Virus record (IMG/VR): IMGVR_UViG_3300045988_180880
Coordinates: 96,001 to 160,000 of that record
DNA length: 64,000 bases
Direction: 5' to 3' (one strand)
DNA from: a virus
Shown: positions 8,949 through 18,345 of the stretch, in pieces
Layout of the letters: the number at the start of each line of letters is the position of its first letter
Numbering within the stretch: the stretch's first letter is position 1
Notes under the pieces: generated by a model
Told to the model about the DNA's origin: nothing
What the model saw: the letters and a program-made list of their open reading frames with translations, nothing else
Database searches by the model: none
Program-made: the position numbers and the translations under genes

Positions 8949-9875
8949 TTATTTAATCCATTGTAAATTATTTCCAGCCCTAAGTTTTCGTTTCATACAT
9001 TCTTCTGGATCTTCTCCATTAGATTTTATGATATTAATAGGGCAATAATCTATTCTTTTTCTTATTTTTTTAGCTACACCCATAGATTTTTCAGTATCAT
9101 CTAAGTAACATAAGATTTTTTCTGGAACGTACTCACTAAGAAAATCTAATTGATAATCTGATATAGAACTTCCCAAAACTGCAAAAGGTATATAATCAGG
9201 TGCCATAATTAAAGCAGCTATAGCATCATATACCCCTTCCACTACTATTATTTTTCTTAGACCTTGACCATGATCTATTACATAAGGAGGCTTTGCTGAT
9301 ATTTGTGGGAAAAGATATCTAATTTTTGTCTTTCCAGAAAATCTAATCTGGTAATAAAATACTTCCCCATGATATTTAAATGGCATTACTACATTTCCAT
9401 CAACAAATTTAAAGTCTAGGAGTTTATAGATGTCGTTCATAAAAGGATGTCTACTCATTAGATAATCATAGCCTCTTTGATCAAAATTATCAAATTCATT
9501 CCAGTATTTATCTAATGTCCATATAGGATCTTCTGTAAGTTTAACTACATTTGGATGACCTGAATATCCATAATACAATGACATAAAATCAGGTACTTTA
9601 AATGATGTATCAACTTCATCAGACACATGTATATAGGCTCGATTACATACAAAACAAGTACCAACAGTTAAGTCAGTTTTTATATATAATTTATGTTTTG
9701 TATGTCCAGAATCTCTACAAAATGGACAATGAATAATATAGTGTCCTGTTGAATTTGCATGAGGTTCTACTTCTTCCATACTAGATACTCCATAAAAATC
9801 TTTAAGAAGTTCTTCGAAGTTACAAAACACTAATACACGTCCATCTTTTAATTTTACTTCTTTATAGTCTACCAT
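8949..9875 (-). CDS. DNA primase (zinc finger + TOPRIM)
   Basis: CxxC...CxxC zinc finger (HCPFCRDSGHTKHKLYIKTDLTVGTCFVCN). TOPRIM motifs IIVVEGVYDAIAA and YLDDTEKS. Confidence 0.8.
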   Translation of the reverse strand: MVDYKEVKLKDGRVLVFCNFEELLKDFYGVSSMEEVEPHANSTGHYIIHCPFCRDSGHTKHKLYIKTDLTVGTCFVCNRAYIHVSDEVDTSFKVPDFMSLYYGYSGHPNVVKLTEDPIWTLDKYWNEFDNFDQRGYDYLMSRHPFMNDIYKLLDFKFVDGNVVMPFKYHGEVFYYQIRFSGKTKIRYLFPQISAKPPYVIDHGQGLRKIIVVEGVYDAIAALIMAPDYIPFAVLGSSISDYQLDFLSEYVPEKILCYLDDTEKSMGVAKKIRKRIDYCPINIIKSNGEDPEECMKRKLRAGNNLQWIK

Positions 9876-9880
9876 AATTT

Positions 9881-10633
9881 TTATAATGAAACTGACATGA
9901 TAAAATACTTTCCTTTCTCAGTCCATCTTCTTTGATTGTGAGGTTTTCCATCCTTCCCAACAATCATTACATCTTTTGTTAATCCAAGAGTATCGTAAGG
10001 AGATCTTAGGAACCATTTATTACCTTGATGATATATAATATTCTTTGCTTCTAGAATACTATAAATATCTTTGCTAGACTTACATAAATTTAATCCTTTC
10101 GTAATTTCAGTCATAGTATATAGACTTTCTGAGGTAGAAAGAACCAGATTTGCAAAGGTTACTAAATCCTTTTGGGAATCTAATATATTCTTAAGGTAAA
10201 TATTTTCGTTATTAGATTCAATTAATTTTTGTTGAATATCCATATAAGCTCTTTCAAACGATTCTCTAGATTGATCAATAATAGAATATCCATTAATCAT
10301 TATTTCCTTTATTCTATCATTACACCAAATAGAGAACATAGGATTTAACCATCTAGCGAATTCTAGGGCTACGTTTTCATGTAGCCAAGTTCCCTGAAAT
10401 TTTGGCACACCTCCTTGAATTTTTACAATTAAATCCGTTATGGGAATTCCCATAACGCTTTCTAATGCTTTCAGAAATTCTTTTGTAGATTTCTGTCTAT
10501 ACCAATCAGCAAATAGCTTCCCAAAAGGTTTAGCCATTTCAGTTGCATTAATCATTGTTCCCTTACCATCTCCTCTTAATGAAAAATTAATTTCATTGTT
10601 ATCAAATTTAAAGATAAAACTTCTATCTTCCAT
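9881..10633 (-). CDS. KilA-N / KilAC (antirepressor-like) DNA-binding protein
   Basis: KilA-N-like segment: GTMINATEMAKPFGK...FQGTWLHENVALEFARWLNPMF. C-terminal KilAC-like segment. The first ATG is at 10633; the track start at 10693 is a TTG. Confidence 0.7.
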   Translation of the reverse strand: MEDRSFIFKFDNNEINFSLRGDGKGTMINATEMAKPFGKLFADWYRQKSTKEFLKALESVMGIPITDLIVKIQGGVPKFQGTWLHENVALEFARWLNPMFSIWCNDRIKEIMINGYSIIDQSRESFERAYMDIQQKLIESNNENIYLKNILDSQKDLVTFANLVLSTSESLYTMTEITKGLNLCKSSKDIYSILEAKNIIYHQGNKWFLRSPYDTLGLTKDVMIVGKDGKPHNQRRWTEKGKYFIMSVSL

Positions 10634-10711
10634 GATATTTATACTCTTGAAATAAAAATGGAATCCCTTAGATAAAATTCTATGAGATTCCAATAGTTTA
10701 TAATACTTTAT

Positions 10712-11131
10712 TTATTTTTTTTCCTCTTTAGTTTCAGGTACTGATTTTTCTTTCTCTTTTTCAGCCGGTTTTGTTGGAGTTGCTGCCGGTTTTTTATCTA
10801 CTGGCTGCGGTTCTTTTTCTTTTTCCTTATTACAAACACAAGGATCTTGATTACACTTCGGACATTCTTTTGGTGCAAAACGTTCAATAGCTTCATCAAG
10901 GGATTGAACTACAAAACCTACTGATCCTGATACTCCTGCACACATATTTATTTCAAATGGTCCTGATACAATTAATGCTAGTTCATTGTAATCATAAGAA
11001 CTTACTAGTAAACTTAGAAATTCATTACTAGGCATAATATCACCAGAAACAGAATGTGCTGGGATAGTAATTCGTTGAGTACCTGATAAAGGTAAATTAA
11101 TTTGTGATTTTGTTCCGTTATAAACTCTCAT
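10712..11131 (-). CDS. hypothetical protein with Cys cluster and K/E/P-rich tail
   Basis: 139-aa ORF. Contains CPKCNQDPCVCN, then a low-complexity KEKEKEPQPVDKKPAATPTKPAEKEKEK tail. Confidence 0.55.
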   Translation of the reverse strand: MRVYNGTKSQINLPLSGTQRITIPAHSVSGDIMPSNEFLSLLVSSYDYNELALIVSGPFEINMCAGVSGSVGFVVQSLDEAIERFAPKECPKCNQDPCVCNKEKEKEPQPVDKKPAATPTKPAEKEKEKSVPETKEEKK

Positions 11132-11194
11132 AATTTTTATTTATTAATGTTTTCTATTTTATTTTCCGGGGTACACAACTAACTCCGGATTTTC

Positions 11195-12439
11195 TCAATT
11201 ATTAGGGTTTGAGTTCTCAAGGACTGTGTTTTTATCATCGGGCTCTTCTATAAATACTGGAAGATCAATTTTAGGAAGTGCACAAAGAAAATGTTTAGAT
11301 TCAGTTTTTTGAGAATTTTTCTTTTTAAAGAATCTTTTCTTTTTTTCTTCGATTACTCTATGCACTAAAATTCCAGAGATTAGTTTTCCCGTATTTACTA
11401 TATGAATATTCCATCCATCAGTTTCCGGAAATTTCATTCGAAGAGCTGATAAAACTTGATACCTTACTATAGCATATTTAGATTGAAGAGTAGCATCTTT
11501 CGGAAATTCTGTAACCTCCAAAAGATCATCCACAAACATTTCTAATTCCGTTCTTAATTTCGGATCAACTCCATCAACAATATTTACTGGAGAACCTAGA
11601 TTTATATTAATATCTTCTAAAGGAAATAAATACTCAGGAGAATCTACACTTAAAACTAGATTCTTATTAAATATTAATGAAGTATCCACAACTTTCTTAA
11701 GTGGTTTATGAAGTCTAGACACATTCTTTTTAAGGGAAAATTTACTAGAACATTCAGATCCAATTATATTATCCTTTATATACAACATTGATTCTTTAGA
11801 TAAAATCAAATCACGTCCAGATAAAAATATAACAGAACAATAGTTTCCAGCAAAACCAAGAAGATAAGGAATGGTAAAGCTAGATATTACAGATGCTGAG
11901 TTAATATATCCGCCGAAAGGATTAAAGCCAAGTAAATCTATTGCATTTTCCTTACAGTAATTAACAATATCATAATTAAAATTCAAAGGACATAAATCAA
12001 GAGAGACGAATTTAATTTTCTCTTCAATAGCTTTTTCTATGGCTTTGAGATCTTCGGCGGTCTTTGGATTCTTTACCCCAAACTCTCCAATTATTTTATA
12101 TTCCCTAAGTTGTTTAATAGTTTCTTTAATAGTTTCCAGATTTTTAAGAACTACTTCAGAATCTATCAATAACAAGTCGACTTTCTTTCTTCCAAGTTCA
12201 AGAAGATGCCCAAGGAGTGCTCTTTCAGGATTATCTAAAAAATCAATAGAAGTGATTAAGCTACTTTCTGAAAAACTCTTTATAAATTCAGAAATCAAAA
12301 AATCATTATTAGCTGAGATAGATGTATGAAAATAATCAAAAGAGTATTCATCTTCAGGATCTACCCACGGTTTAATGGTCATATTCGAAGTATCTAACCC
12401 TACCCCTTGTACTTTAAATTTTGTTGATGTTGTTGTCAT
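11195..12439 (-). CDS. hypothetical protein; N-terminal half weakly aldo/keto-reductase (TIM-barrel)-like
   Basis: Pattern ALLGHLLELGRKKVDLLLIDS...IIGEFGVKN...NYCKENAIDLLGFNPFGG resembles AKR strands. The catalytic tetrad is not evident. Confidence 0.4.
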   Translation of the reverse strand: MTTTSTKFKVQGVGLDTSNMTIKPWVDPEDEYSFDYFHTSISANNDFLISEFIKSFSESSLITSIDFLDNPERALLGHLLELGRKKVDLLLIDSEVVLKNLETIKETIKQLREYKIIGEFGVKNPKTAEDLKAIEKAIEEKIKFVSLDLCPLNFNYDIVNYCKENAIDLLGFNPFGGYINSASVISSFTIPYLLGFAGNYCSVIFLSGRDLILSKESMLYIKDNIIGSECSSKFSLKKNVSRLHKPLKKVVDTSLIFNKNLVLSVDSPEYLFPLEDININLGSPVNIVDGVDPKLRTELEMFVDDLLEVTEFPKDATLQSKYAIVRYQVLSALRMKFPETDGWNIHIVNTGKLISGILVHRVIEEKKKRFFKKKNSQKTESKHFLCALPKIDLPVFIEEPDDKNTVLENSNPNN

Positions 12440-13440
12440 AAAATAGATATATTAATTATGTTATTAGATAATGTTTCATTTTTCTCAGGGAGCCAAGAGA
12501 TATTAATTATTGGTTCTTTTTCAGAATTTAAATTAATACTGTTCTTAAGAAATACTGAATCCTTAAATACTTTACAAGCTCCAAGTAATTCTAAGAAAAT
12601 AGAAAATACAAATCTCATATAATTCTTATTTCTTAGAAGAATTAATTTTATTATAGTATAATCTTGATAACTTATTTCTTTTAGATTTACTGGCTCTTCT
12701 GTTTTAGTATCAATAACTTTAAATATTGATTTTGTATCATAACCTTGAGTATTGAAAAACTTAACACAATTAGGAGAATTATCTAATTTTAATCTTTTTG
12801 TTTTTCTATTTGAATTAAGATTAAGAATATTATATCTACTAAAATGTTGTTTATCGTAAGGAACGATTTCAGGGAAAAGAATTTTATAATTATTAATCTC
12901 TATATTATTCTTTCCTGATACTATTCTATATTTCTCTGATAGATTTACTATTTTTATACCAGTCAAATTCGGAATAGATATAATTTTTGGATATCCTGGT
13001 ACCCAATCTAAAAACCATATATCATTTCGATTCGGGAGATCTAGTTTACTTAGGACTTTCTTGAATTCTAAGTAATCATGAGAATAGGTAGCTAAATGGT
13101 AAATACTATCAATCAAAAATAGTTGTAAATATCTATCACTAAGAATATAATCATAAAAAGATTTTATATTCTTTATAATAGTTTTAATTAATTCTTGTTT
13201 TTCTGTCTTCTTTGTAATAGAGTTACTACATATTCTACAAGGAAGATAATAAAAATCTTTAATTAATGTAGATAATGGACCTCTATATTTATTACATCTG
13301 AAGCAAAAATTATCAAGATCTTTTTGATGTGTTAACTCAATTTCACAATACTCTTGATAACTTAAAAAATGCTCTTCGGATAGATGTTTTTCAAATTCTA
13401 TTGGATCATTACTTTTGAATCCACACCAAATACATTCCAT
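12436..13440 (-). CDS. hypothetical protein with N-terminal C2H2-like zinc finger
   Basis: MECIWCGFKSNDPIEFEKHLSEEH, plus further CxxC pairs (CFRCN, CRIC). Confidence 0.55.
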   Translation of the reverse strand: MECIWCGFKSNDPIEFEKHLSEEHFLSYQEYCEIELTHQKDLDNFCFRCNKYRGPLSTLIKDFYYLPCRICSNSITKKTEKQELIKTIIKNIKSFYDYILSDRYLQLFLIDSIYHLATYSHDYLEFKKVLSKLDLPNRNDIWFLDWVPGYPKIISIPNLTGIKIVNLSEKYRIVSGKNNIEINNYKILFPEIVPYDKQHFSRYNILNLNSNRKTKRLKLDNSPNCVKFFNTQGYDTKSIFKVIDTKTEEPVNLKEISYQDYTIIKLILLRNKNYMRFVFSIFLELLGACKVFKDSVFLKNSINLNSEKEPIINISWLPEKNETLSNNIINISIL

Positions 13441-13959
13441 TTATTTTAAATTATATAATCCTGTATCAATAAATTGTTGCTTTAAATCATTTGCTAAAAT
13501 TTGCATATCTGGATGAGCATCTTTAGCACACCTTAATGAAAAGAATCCAGCTTTTTCAGGAGTATCTTCAGAAGGAATATATGTAAAATCCTCAATGTAA
13601 CCAGTCATACATAGTTCGGTTTTTATATCATTTGGAAGTAATCCTCTAGCTTCTTCTGGTTTTAGTTTTTCTCCTTCGTCAGTAGAAGTTGCATATAAAT
13701 AATCGATCTCTGTATTCCTCCATGATCTATCAAAAGTTGCAATAGTTCTATCCCATACTGTAAGATCTTCCCATAATTCCTGCCCATCTATGTCATGAAT
13801 ATAACTTCGAGATAATCCTGTTTGAGAATCTATAGTTGATGCAATATCTTCTCTAACTCTATATATCCACTGAGGAAGAATAAAGGTAAGTTCCCCTCCA
13901 AATCTATCTTTTGAATAATTTACATAACGTTGAGATTCTTGAAGAAATGAAAACGCTCT
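13441..13959 (-). CDS. thyX: flavin-dependent thymidylate synthase ThyX, exon 2
   Basis: Begins RAFSFLQESQRY. Joined to exon 1 (...ELVRH) it gives the ThyX signature RHRxxSxxxxSxRY. Confidence 0.85.
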   Translation of the reverse strand, partial: RAFSFLQESQRYVNYSKDRFGGELTFILPQWIYRVREDIASTIDSQTGLSRSYIHDIDGQELWEDLTVWDRTIATFDRSWRNTEIDYLYATSTDEGEKLKPEEARGLLPNDIKTELCMTGYIEDFTYIPSEDTPEKAGFFSLRCAKDAHPDMQILANDLKQQFIDTGLYNLK

Positions 13960-14156
13960 CATTACTTATTTCTTTTTCAAGAAAAATTGGACTATATCAT
14001 CATCTTTTATTATCAATAAGATGTCTAGTACTTATTAGTCTCTGAACCATTCAATTCTATTGATTGATTTGGATGCTGGTTAGTATAATCTAATACTTTT
14101 CAGCAATTCTCTAGATTATTCTTGTAGTGTCTCCACTACTTGGCACAAAACGTTCT
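13960..14156 (-). ncRNA. ORF-less group I intron (197 nt) in thyX
   Basis: RNA sense: 5' exon GGCAU pairs with GUGCC (U.G wobble at the splice site). P2 is GUAGUG-GAGA-CACUAC (GNRA loop). P is UUGCUGAAAAG and Q is AACCAGCAUCC. R is GGUUCAGAGACUAAU and S is AGAUGAUGAUAUAGUCC. It ends UAAUG. Confidence 0.8.
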
Positions 14157-14597
14157 ATGCCGAACAAGTTCATGAGATATGCCTCTACTACAGATCCATC
14201 TAGTTGTGACTCTGTGATAATGGTTTTCAGTAGGTTCACACCAATATTTTTTCATAACTCCTTCTAGATTATGTTGATAAATAATTCTTAGATCTGTAGT
14301 AATCTCATAAGTTCCAGTTACTGAGTTATGATACCATCTAGTGTAAGGAGCAGTTTTGAAAAAGATCTCCAAGTAGTATCTATCCTCTTCTGGGATACTG
14401 AGATATACAGTTCCTGAGTTAAAAACCGCCCAATGACCTCTAGAAAAAAGCATATTGTCAAACCTTTCCCATGAATCTTCTGTGATTTTATCTTCAGATT
14501 TATAAGCCAATCTTCCAATTTTCTCTACATGTTTCATTAATCCATCCACCCCAGGTTGTTGAGGGAGAATGGATACACTTGATTTTACGATTTTCAT
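14157..14597 (-). CDS. thyX: ThyX, exon 1
   Basis: 147 codons ending ...GISHELVRH, interrupted inside the RHR motif. Confidence 0.85.
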
Positions 14598-14702
14598 ATT
14601 GTTTTTTATTGTTTAATGATTACATCTATAAGTTCTTCAAGGTTCTAGAAGAGCAAAAAGAAGACCTAACACCTATTTCTAAGTGCTAAGTCTTCTGAGT
14701 TT

Positions 14703-14930
14703 TTAACCTTGGTTATTACTCAATTCTGTTGTTACTTTTTGAATTTTCTCCTTAATAATTTTCTTGTAATGATAGTCAGGGAATCTCATACTTGTAATCT
14801 GAGTACCTCCCTTTTTTGTAGTGGATATAACAGCAACTGGTTCCATATATCTTGTCATTACATCGATACATTGTTTGTAAACACCAATTAATTTCTTCTT
14901 TGCCTGTTTTTCTTTTCTACTCAATTTCAT
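14703..14930 (-). CDS. hypothetical small basic protein
   Basis: 75-aa ORF flanked by promoter-like and terminator-like elements. Confidence 0.5.
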   Translation of the reverse strand: MKLSRKEKQAKKKLIGVYKQCIDVMTRYMEPVAVISTTKKGGTQITSMRFPDYHYKKIIKEKIQKVTTELSNNQG

Positions 14931-15008
14931 TTTTACAAATTTTTTAAGTTATTATTACATTTATAAGATTTTTAAAGGTTTTTGAAGGAAAGAAAAAGAG
15001 AGGGAATT

Positions 15009-15719
15009 TTATTTTCCCTCCCTAGTGTCCATAATTCGCTTTCTAAGATCTTCTGTTAATTTAGAATACCCAAGTTTTTCTTCTAATTCAGTTACTTCTT
15101 TTTCTATTTCATTTAACATTTCATCTGTCCTTTCTTTATTTTCAAAAAGTAATATAAGTTTTCTCACCTCTCGTATTTCATCTACAATTTTACGATACAC
15201 ATTAAAAACAAGTCCTTGAAAAATTTTATCTCTCAATAAATTTAATCTATGATAAGCTCTTGCTCTTGACAATGTTTCTTTTTTATTGGCATTCATAAAA
15301 TCCTCAACCTGTTTTATTTCATCCAAATAAGATAATAATTGTTCTTTAGATTTTGTTTTATATTTATCTTTTTTCCCAATTTTTTGCTCTATAGAAGTAA
15401 TCTGTTTATTTAATTTTCTTCTATTAATATCTTCTATTTCTTTTTGATTTTCAATATCTTTTGAATAGCTTTGAATCATTTTATTTATCACTTTTTCTTG
15501 CTCTTCAATATCTTTTTCTTCACTAATATGAATGTTATCTTTAGAAGTAATATGCCAACCTCCACAGCATGTACAATAATAAGCTCTAGTAGGTTTCTTA
15601 TTTCCTGTAAAATCCTCTGAGTTGAATTCTATAAATCTATCAGCTTCATCTTTACTTTCAAATAACATCTTAGCTCTATTAGCTAATGGACAATAAATTC
15701 TATTCTTTTTTGGTTTCAT
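15009..15719 (-). CDS. hypothetical protein (N-terminal Cys4 knuckle + coiled coil)
   Basis: YCPLANRA...YYCTCCGGWHITS, followed by a long K/E-rich heptad-like region. Confidence 0.55.
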   Translation of the reverse strand: MKPKKNRIYCPLANRAKMLFESKDEADRFIEFNSEDFTGNKKPTRAYYCTCCGGWHITSKDNIHISEEKDIEEQEKVINKMIQSYSKDIENQKEIEDINRRKLNKQITSIEQKIGKKDKYKTKSKEQLLSYLDEIKQVEDFMNANKKETLSRARAYHRLNLLRDKIFQGLVFNVYRKIVDEIREVRKLILLFENKERTDEMLNEIEKEVTELEEKLGYSKLTEDLRKRIMDTREGK

Positions 15720-15744
15720 AATATTTTAATTTATATGTTTTCAT

Positions 15745-15759
15745 CATTAATAAGGCTTT
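15745..15759 (-). promoter_or_regulatory. promoter-like motif AAAGCCTTATTAATG (minus strand)
   Basis: The reverse complement reads aaagccttattaatg about 25 nt upstream of the 15719 start. Identical 15-mers lie at 26575 and 38219 (+), and a near-identical copy (one mismatch, aaagccttattagtg) lies at 32209 (-). Confidence 0.5.
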
Positions 15760-15767
15760 TAGATTTT

Positions 15768-15787
15768 CCTTGAGATTCTTATATATG
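15768..15787 (+). promoter_or_regulatory. promoter-like motif CCTTGAGATTCTTATATATG
   Basis: An identical 20-mer lies at 38717..38736 and a near-identical one at 18850..18869, each 20-50 nt upstream of a start codon. Confidence 0.55.
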
Positions 15788-15835
15788 ATATAAAAATAAT
15801 AATAAAATAAAATAAATTTAAAACAAGAAAAAATT

Positions 15836-16882
15836 ATGGATCCTTTATTTGGAATGATTTTTTATTTTAGTATAGCTATAACAATTAGCTTTATTTGTAG
15901 TGTTCTTGAAGCAACATTATTAAGCACACCGACTTCATTTATTCAGTCTAAAATCGATTCTGGTTCTAAGGCAGCAATAAAATTTATGAAGCTGAAGAAT
16001 GAAAGGGTAGATGATGCTATTTCTGCTATTCTAACACTAAATACTGCTGCTCATGCAGTAGGTACGAGTTTAGCTAGTATAGAGGCAGTTGAGATTTTTG
16101 GGATGAAAAATTTTGCAATTATTTCTGGAATAATGACTTTTTTGATATTAGTACTTAGTGAATTAATACCAAAATCACTCGGAGCACATTATTGGAAAAG
16201 AATGACCTCAATTACAGCTAATATATTAACTTGGATGATTTATATAACATATCCTATAGTTTGGATGTCAAGATATATAATGGCTATATTCTCACCAAAA
16301 ACAGAAGAAGCTACTATATCTCGAGAAGAAATATCTAGTATGGCAACAATCGGAGAGCGAGAGAAGATATTTACAGGAAGAGAAAGTAAAATAATTAAAA
16401 ATCTACTTGCTCTTGATAAATTAACTGTTGGAAATATAATGACTCCTAGAACTGTTGTAAAATCTTTTGATGCTAATACTTTTCTTAAGGATTTTCCAGA
16501 TGAATTTGAATTTTCTAGAATACCAATATGGGAAGATACTGAAGATAATATAGTCGGAATAGCATATAAGTCAGATATATATCAAAATTATGATGTTTAT
16601 CAACCAGGATTAACAATAAAACATACAGATTATGATTCTGATATTATATTTATTCCAGATTCATCTAGTGTTAATGTATTGTTCGAAAAATTTCTTAAAA
16701 CTAAACAACACTTAGCAATAGTAGTAGATGAGTATGGAACATTTGTTGGAGTAGCTAGTTTCGAAGATGTTATAGAAAATTTACTCGGAATAGAAATAGT
16801 AGATGAGACTGATACTGTAGAAGATTTACAAAAATTAGCAAAAGAAAAATGGGAAGAACGAAAAAGATCTATGAATGGTTAA
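15836..16882 (+). CDS. CNNM/CorC-type membrane protein (DUF21 transmembrane domain + CBS pair)
   Basis: Four N-terminal hydrophobic helices with the DUF21 pattern (EATLLST...ISAILTLNTAAHAVG...SELIPKSLG). A CBS pair follows (VGNIMTPRTVV... / LAIVVDEYGTFVGVASFEDVIENLLG). No CorC_HlyC C-terminal domain. Confidence 0.8.
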   Translation: MDPLFGMIFYFSIAITISFICSVLEATLLSTPTSFIQSKIDSGSKAAIKFMKLKNERVDDAISAILTLNTAAHAVGTSLASIEAVEIFGMKNFAIISGIMTFLILVLSELIPKSLGAHYWKRMTSITANILTWMIYITYPIVWMSRYIMAIFSPKTEEATISREEISSMATIGEREKIFTGRESKIIKNLLALDKLTVGNIMTPRTVVKSFDANTFLKDFPDEFEFSRIPIWEDTEDNIVGIAYKSDIYQNYDVYQPGLTIKHTDYDSDIIFIPDSSSVNVLFEKFLKTKQHLAIVVDEYGTFVGVASFEDVIENLLGIEIVDETDTVEDLQKLAKEKWEERKRSMNG

Positions 16883-17403
16883 AGGATATATTATGGATAA
16901 TAAATCGCCAGAAAGATAAGGATTATATTAAAATCAATGAAAAGATTAATATCATCAAGAAAAATATATCAACTGGAGAGATTGATTTTTATCCACAAAT
17001 AACCTATAGGATTGGTACTAAAGTTAAAGTATATATTCCTATAAATGATGCTTGGATGTTTGATTGTGCTGAATTTATTGGGACAGTACTTGGATCTTAT
17101 ATTTCTAGTAAGAAAGAAGCAATGTCTGATAACGATATAACGTACTTAATTTATGCAGAGTATTATGAAGTTGCTGGACGTCGTAAATACTTGAATAAAG
17201 TTTTTCAGATTAGTTCTCAAGATTGTACAATTTGTGGAATCAATGAAGAAAAGAAGAAAAAAGGAATATATACAATAAAAGATATGTATAATGATATAAA
17301 AACATTTTGTAATAATAGTTGCATTTTATCTGATGAATGTAGCGAAGATTGTCCATTCTACCATTATGAAGCAAATAAAACTAGGAAGAAACATTTATCC
17401 TGA
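16849..17403 (+). CDS. hypothetical protein with C-terminal Cys4 motif
   Basis: 184-aa ORF with C-terminus CNNSCILSDECSEDCPFYHYE. Confidence 0.5.
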   Translation: MGRTKKIYEWLKDILWIINRQKDKDYIKINEKINIIKKNISTGEIDFYPQITYRIGTKVKVYIPINDAWMFDCAEFIGTVLGSYISSKKEAMSDNDITYLIYAEYYEVAGRRKYLNKVFQISSQDCTICGINEEKKKKGIYTIKDMYNDIKTFCNNSCILSDECSEDCPFYHYEANKTRKKHLS

Positions 17404-17650
17404 TATTGAGTTATCTGAAGTTGATAAGTTCTTATTTCAGTATGGAATAAAAATGGGATTCTTATTTGATGATGGAGTAGAATTCTTTATTCCAGATCAT
17501 ATAATGACCAAAAATTATCCAGGGGACTTATCATTTTATCGGGAAGGTTTTAATAATCCAGATCTAATATTTGTAATATCTTTTGGAGAATTATTATTTC
17601 TGGATGGGGTTACAGAAAAAGAATTATTTAAAATACCAATATATGATTAG
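17333..17650 (+). CDS. hypothetical protein
   Basis: ORF of 105 aa. An alternative ATG at 17366 would reduce the overlap with the upstream gene. Confidence 0.45.
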   Translation: MNVAKIVHSTIMKQIKLGRNIYPDIELSEVDKFLFQYGIKMGFLFDDGVEFFIPDHIMTKNYPGDLSFYREGFNNPDLIFVISFGELLFLDGVTEKELFKIPIYD

Positions 17651-18269
17651 TAAATGGTTTGAAGTTAGTGTTGATTTATTTAATATAATTTTTGATACTT
17701 ACTGGAAAAATAAAAAATCTTGGACATATGATAATATTATAGAAATTCAAAATCCAAGATCTATCCTAAGTGATCAACCATCTGAAAGATTATACTTAGG
17801 ATATAAAATAAATATAGAAGATTACAAAAATGTTTTCACTAATTTTCTTAAGATACATACTATAGAAGCTCTTAAGGAATCAGGTTGTACAGTTCCTAAT
17901 ACTTACATGTCTATATGTATGATAACTAGTTTAGGACCTGATATTATACCTCTTCAACATGTGGATAAGCACTATAAGATTGTACTAGATACATGTTATG
18001 GAGAAGATCCACATCATCAACTTGAGAGTTTTTTACAAAGACCATTAACATCTTGGTATGTAAAAGAGAATGATAAATATATAATTGGAGGAGAGTATCC
18101 AGTAGAAGATAGGTTTATAAGATTTAGGTTAATTGATTATACATCATGGAAAGAAATGATTGAAAAATATCAAAAAGAAGATGTATTATCCTATCTTTAT
18201 CCAGAAGATGATATTCCTAAAAAATTATTAATGTTATCAGATCAGAATCCCTCAAAGCCTTATATGTGA
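17643..18269 (+). CDS. hypothetical protein
   Basis: The track ORF starts at a TTG (17583). The ATG at 17643 overlaps the upstream stop (ATATGATTAG). Confidence 0.5.
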   Translation: MISKWFEVSVDLFNIIFDTYWKNKKSWTYDNIIEIQNPRSILSDQPSERLYLGYKINIEDYKNVFTNFLKIHTIEALKESGCTVPNTYMSICMITSLGPDIIPLQHVDKHYKIVLDTCYGEDPHHQLESFLQRPLTSWYVKENDKYIIGGEYPVEDRFIRFRLIDYTSWKEMIEKYQKEDVLSYLYPEDDIPKKLLMLSDQNPSKPYM

Positions 18270-18294
18270 AAAGATAATAGATCATAAGTGAAAT

Positions 18295-18322
18295 GTCTAC
18301 TCGAAGAAAAACTCGGGTAGAC
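18295..18322 (+). terminator. intrinsic terminator hairpin
   Basis: gtctactcga-agaaaaac-tcgggtagac followed by tttttatt. Confidence 0.6.
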
Positions 18323-18345
18323 TTTTTATTTAAAAAAATAAGAAT

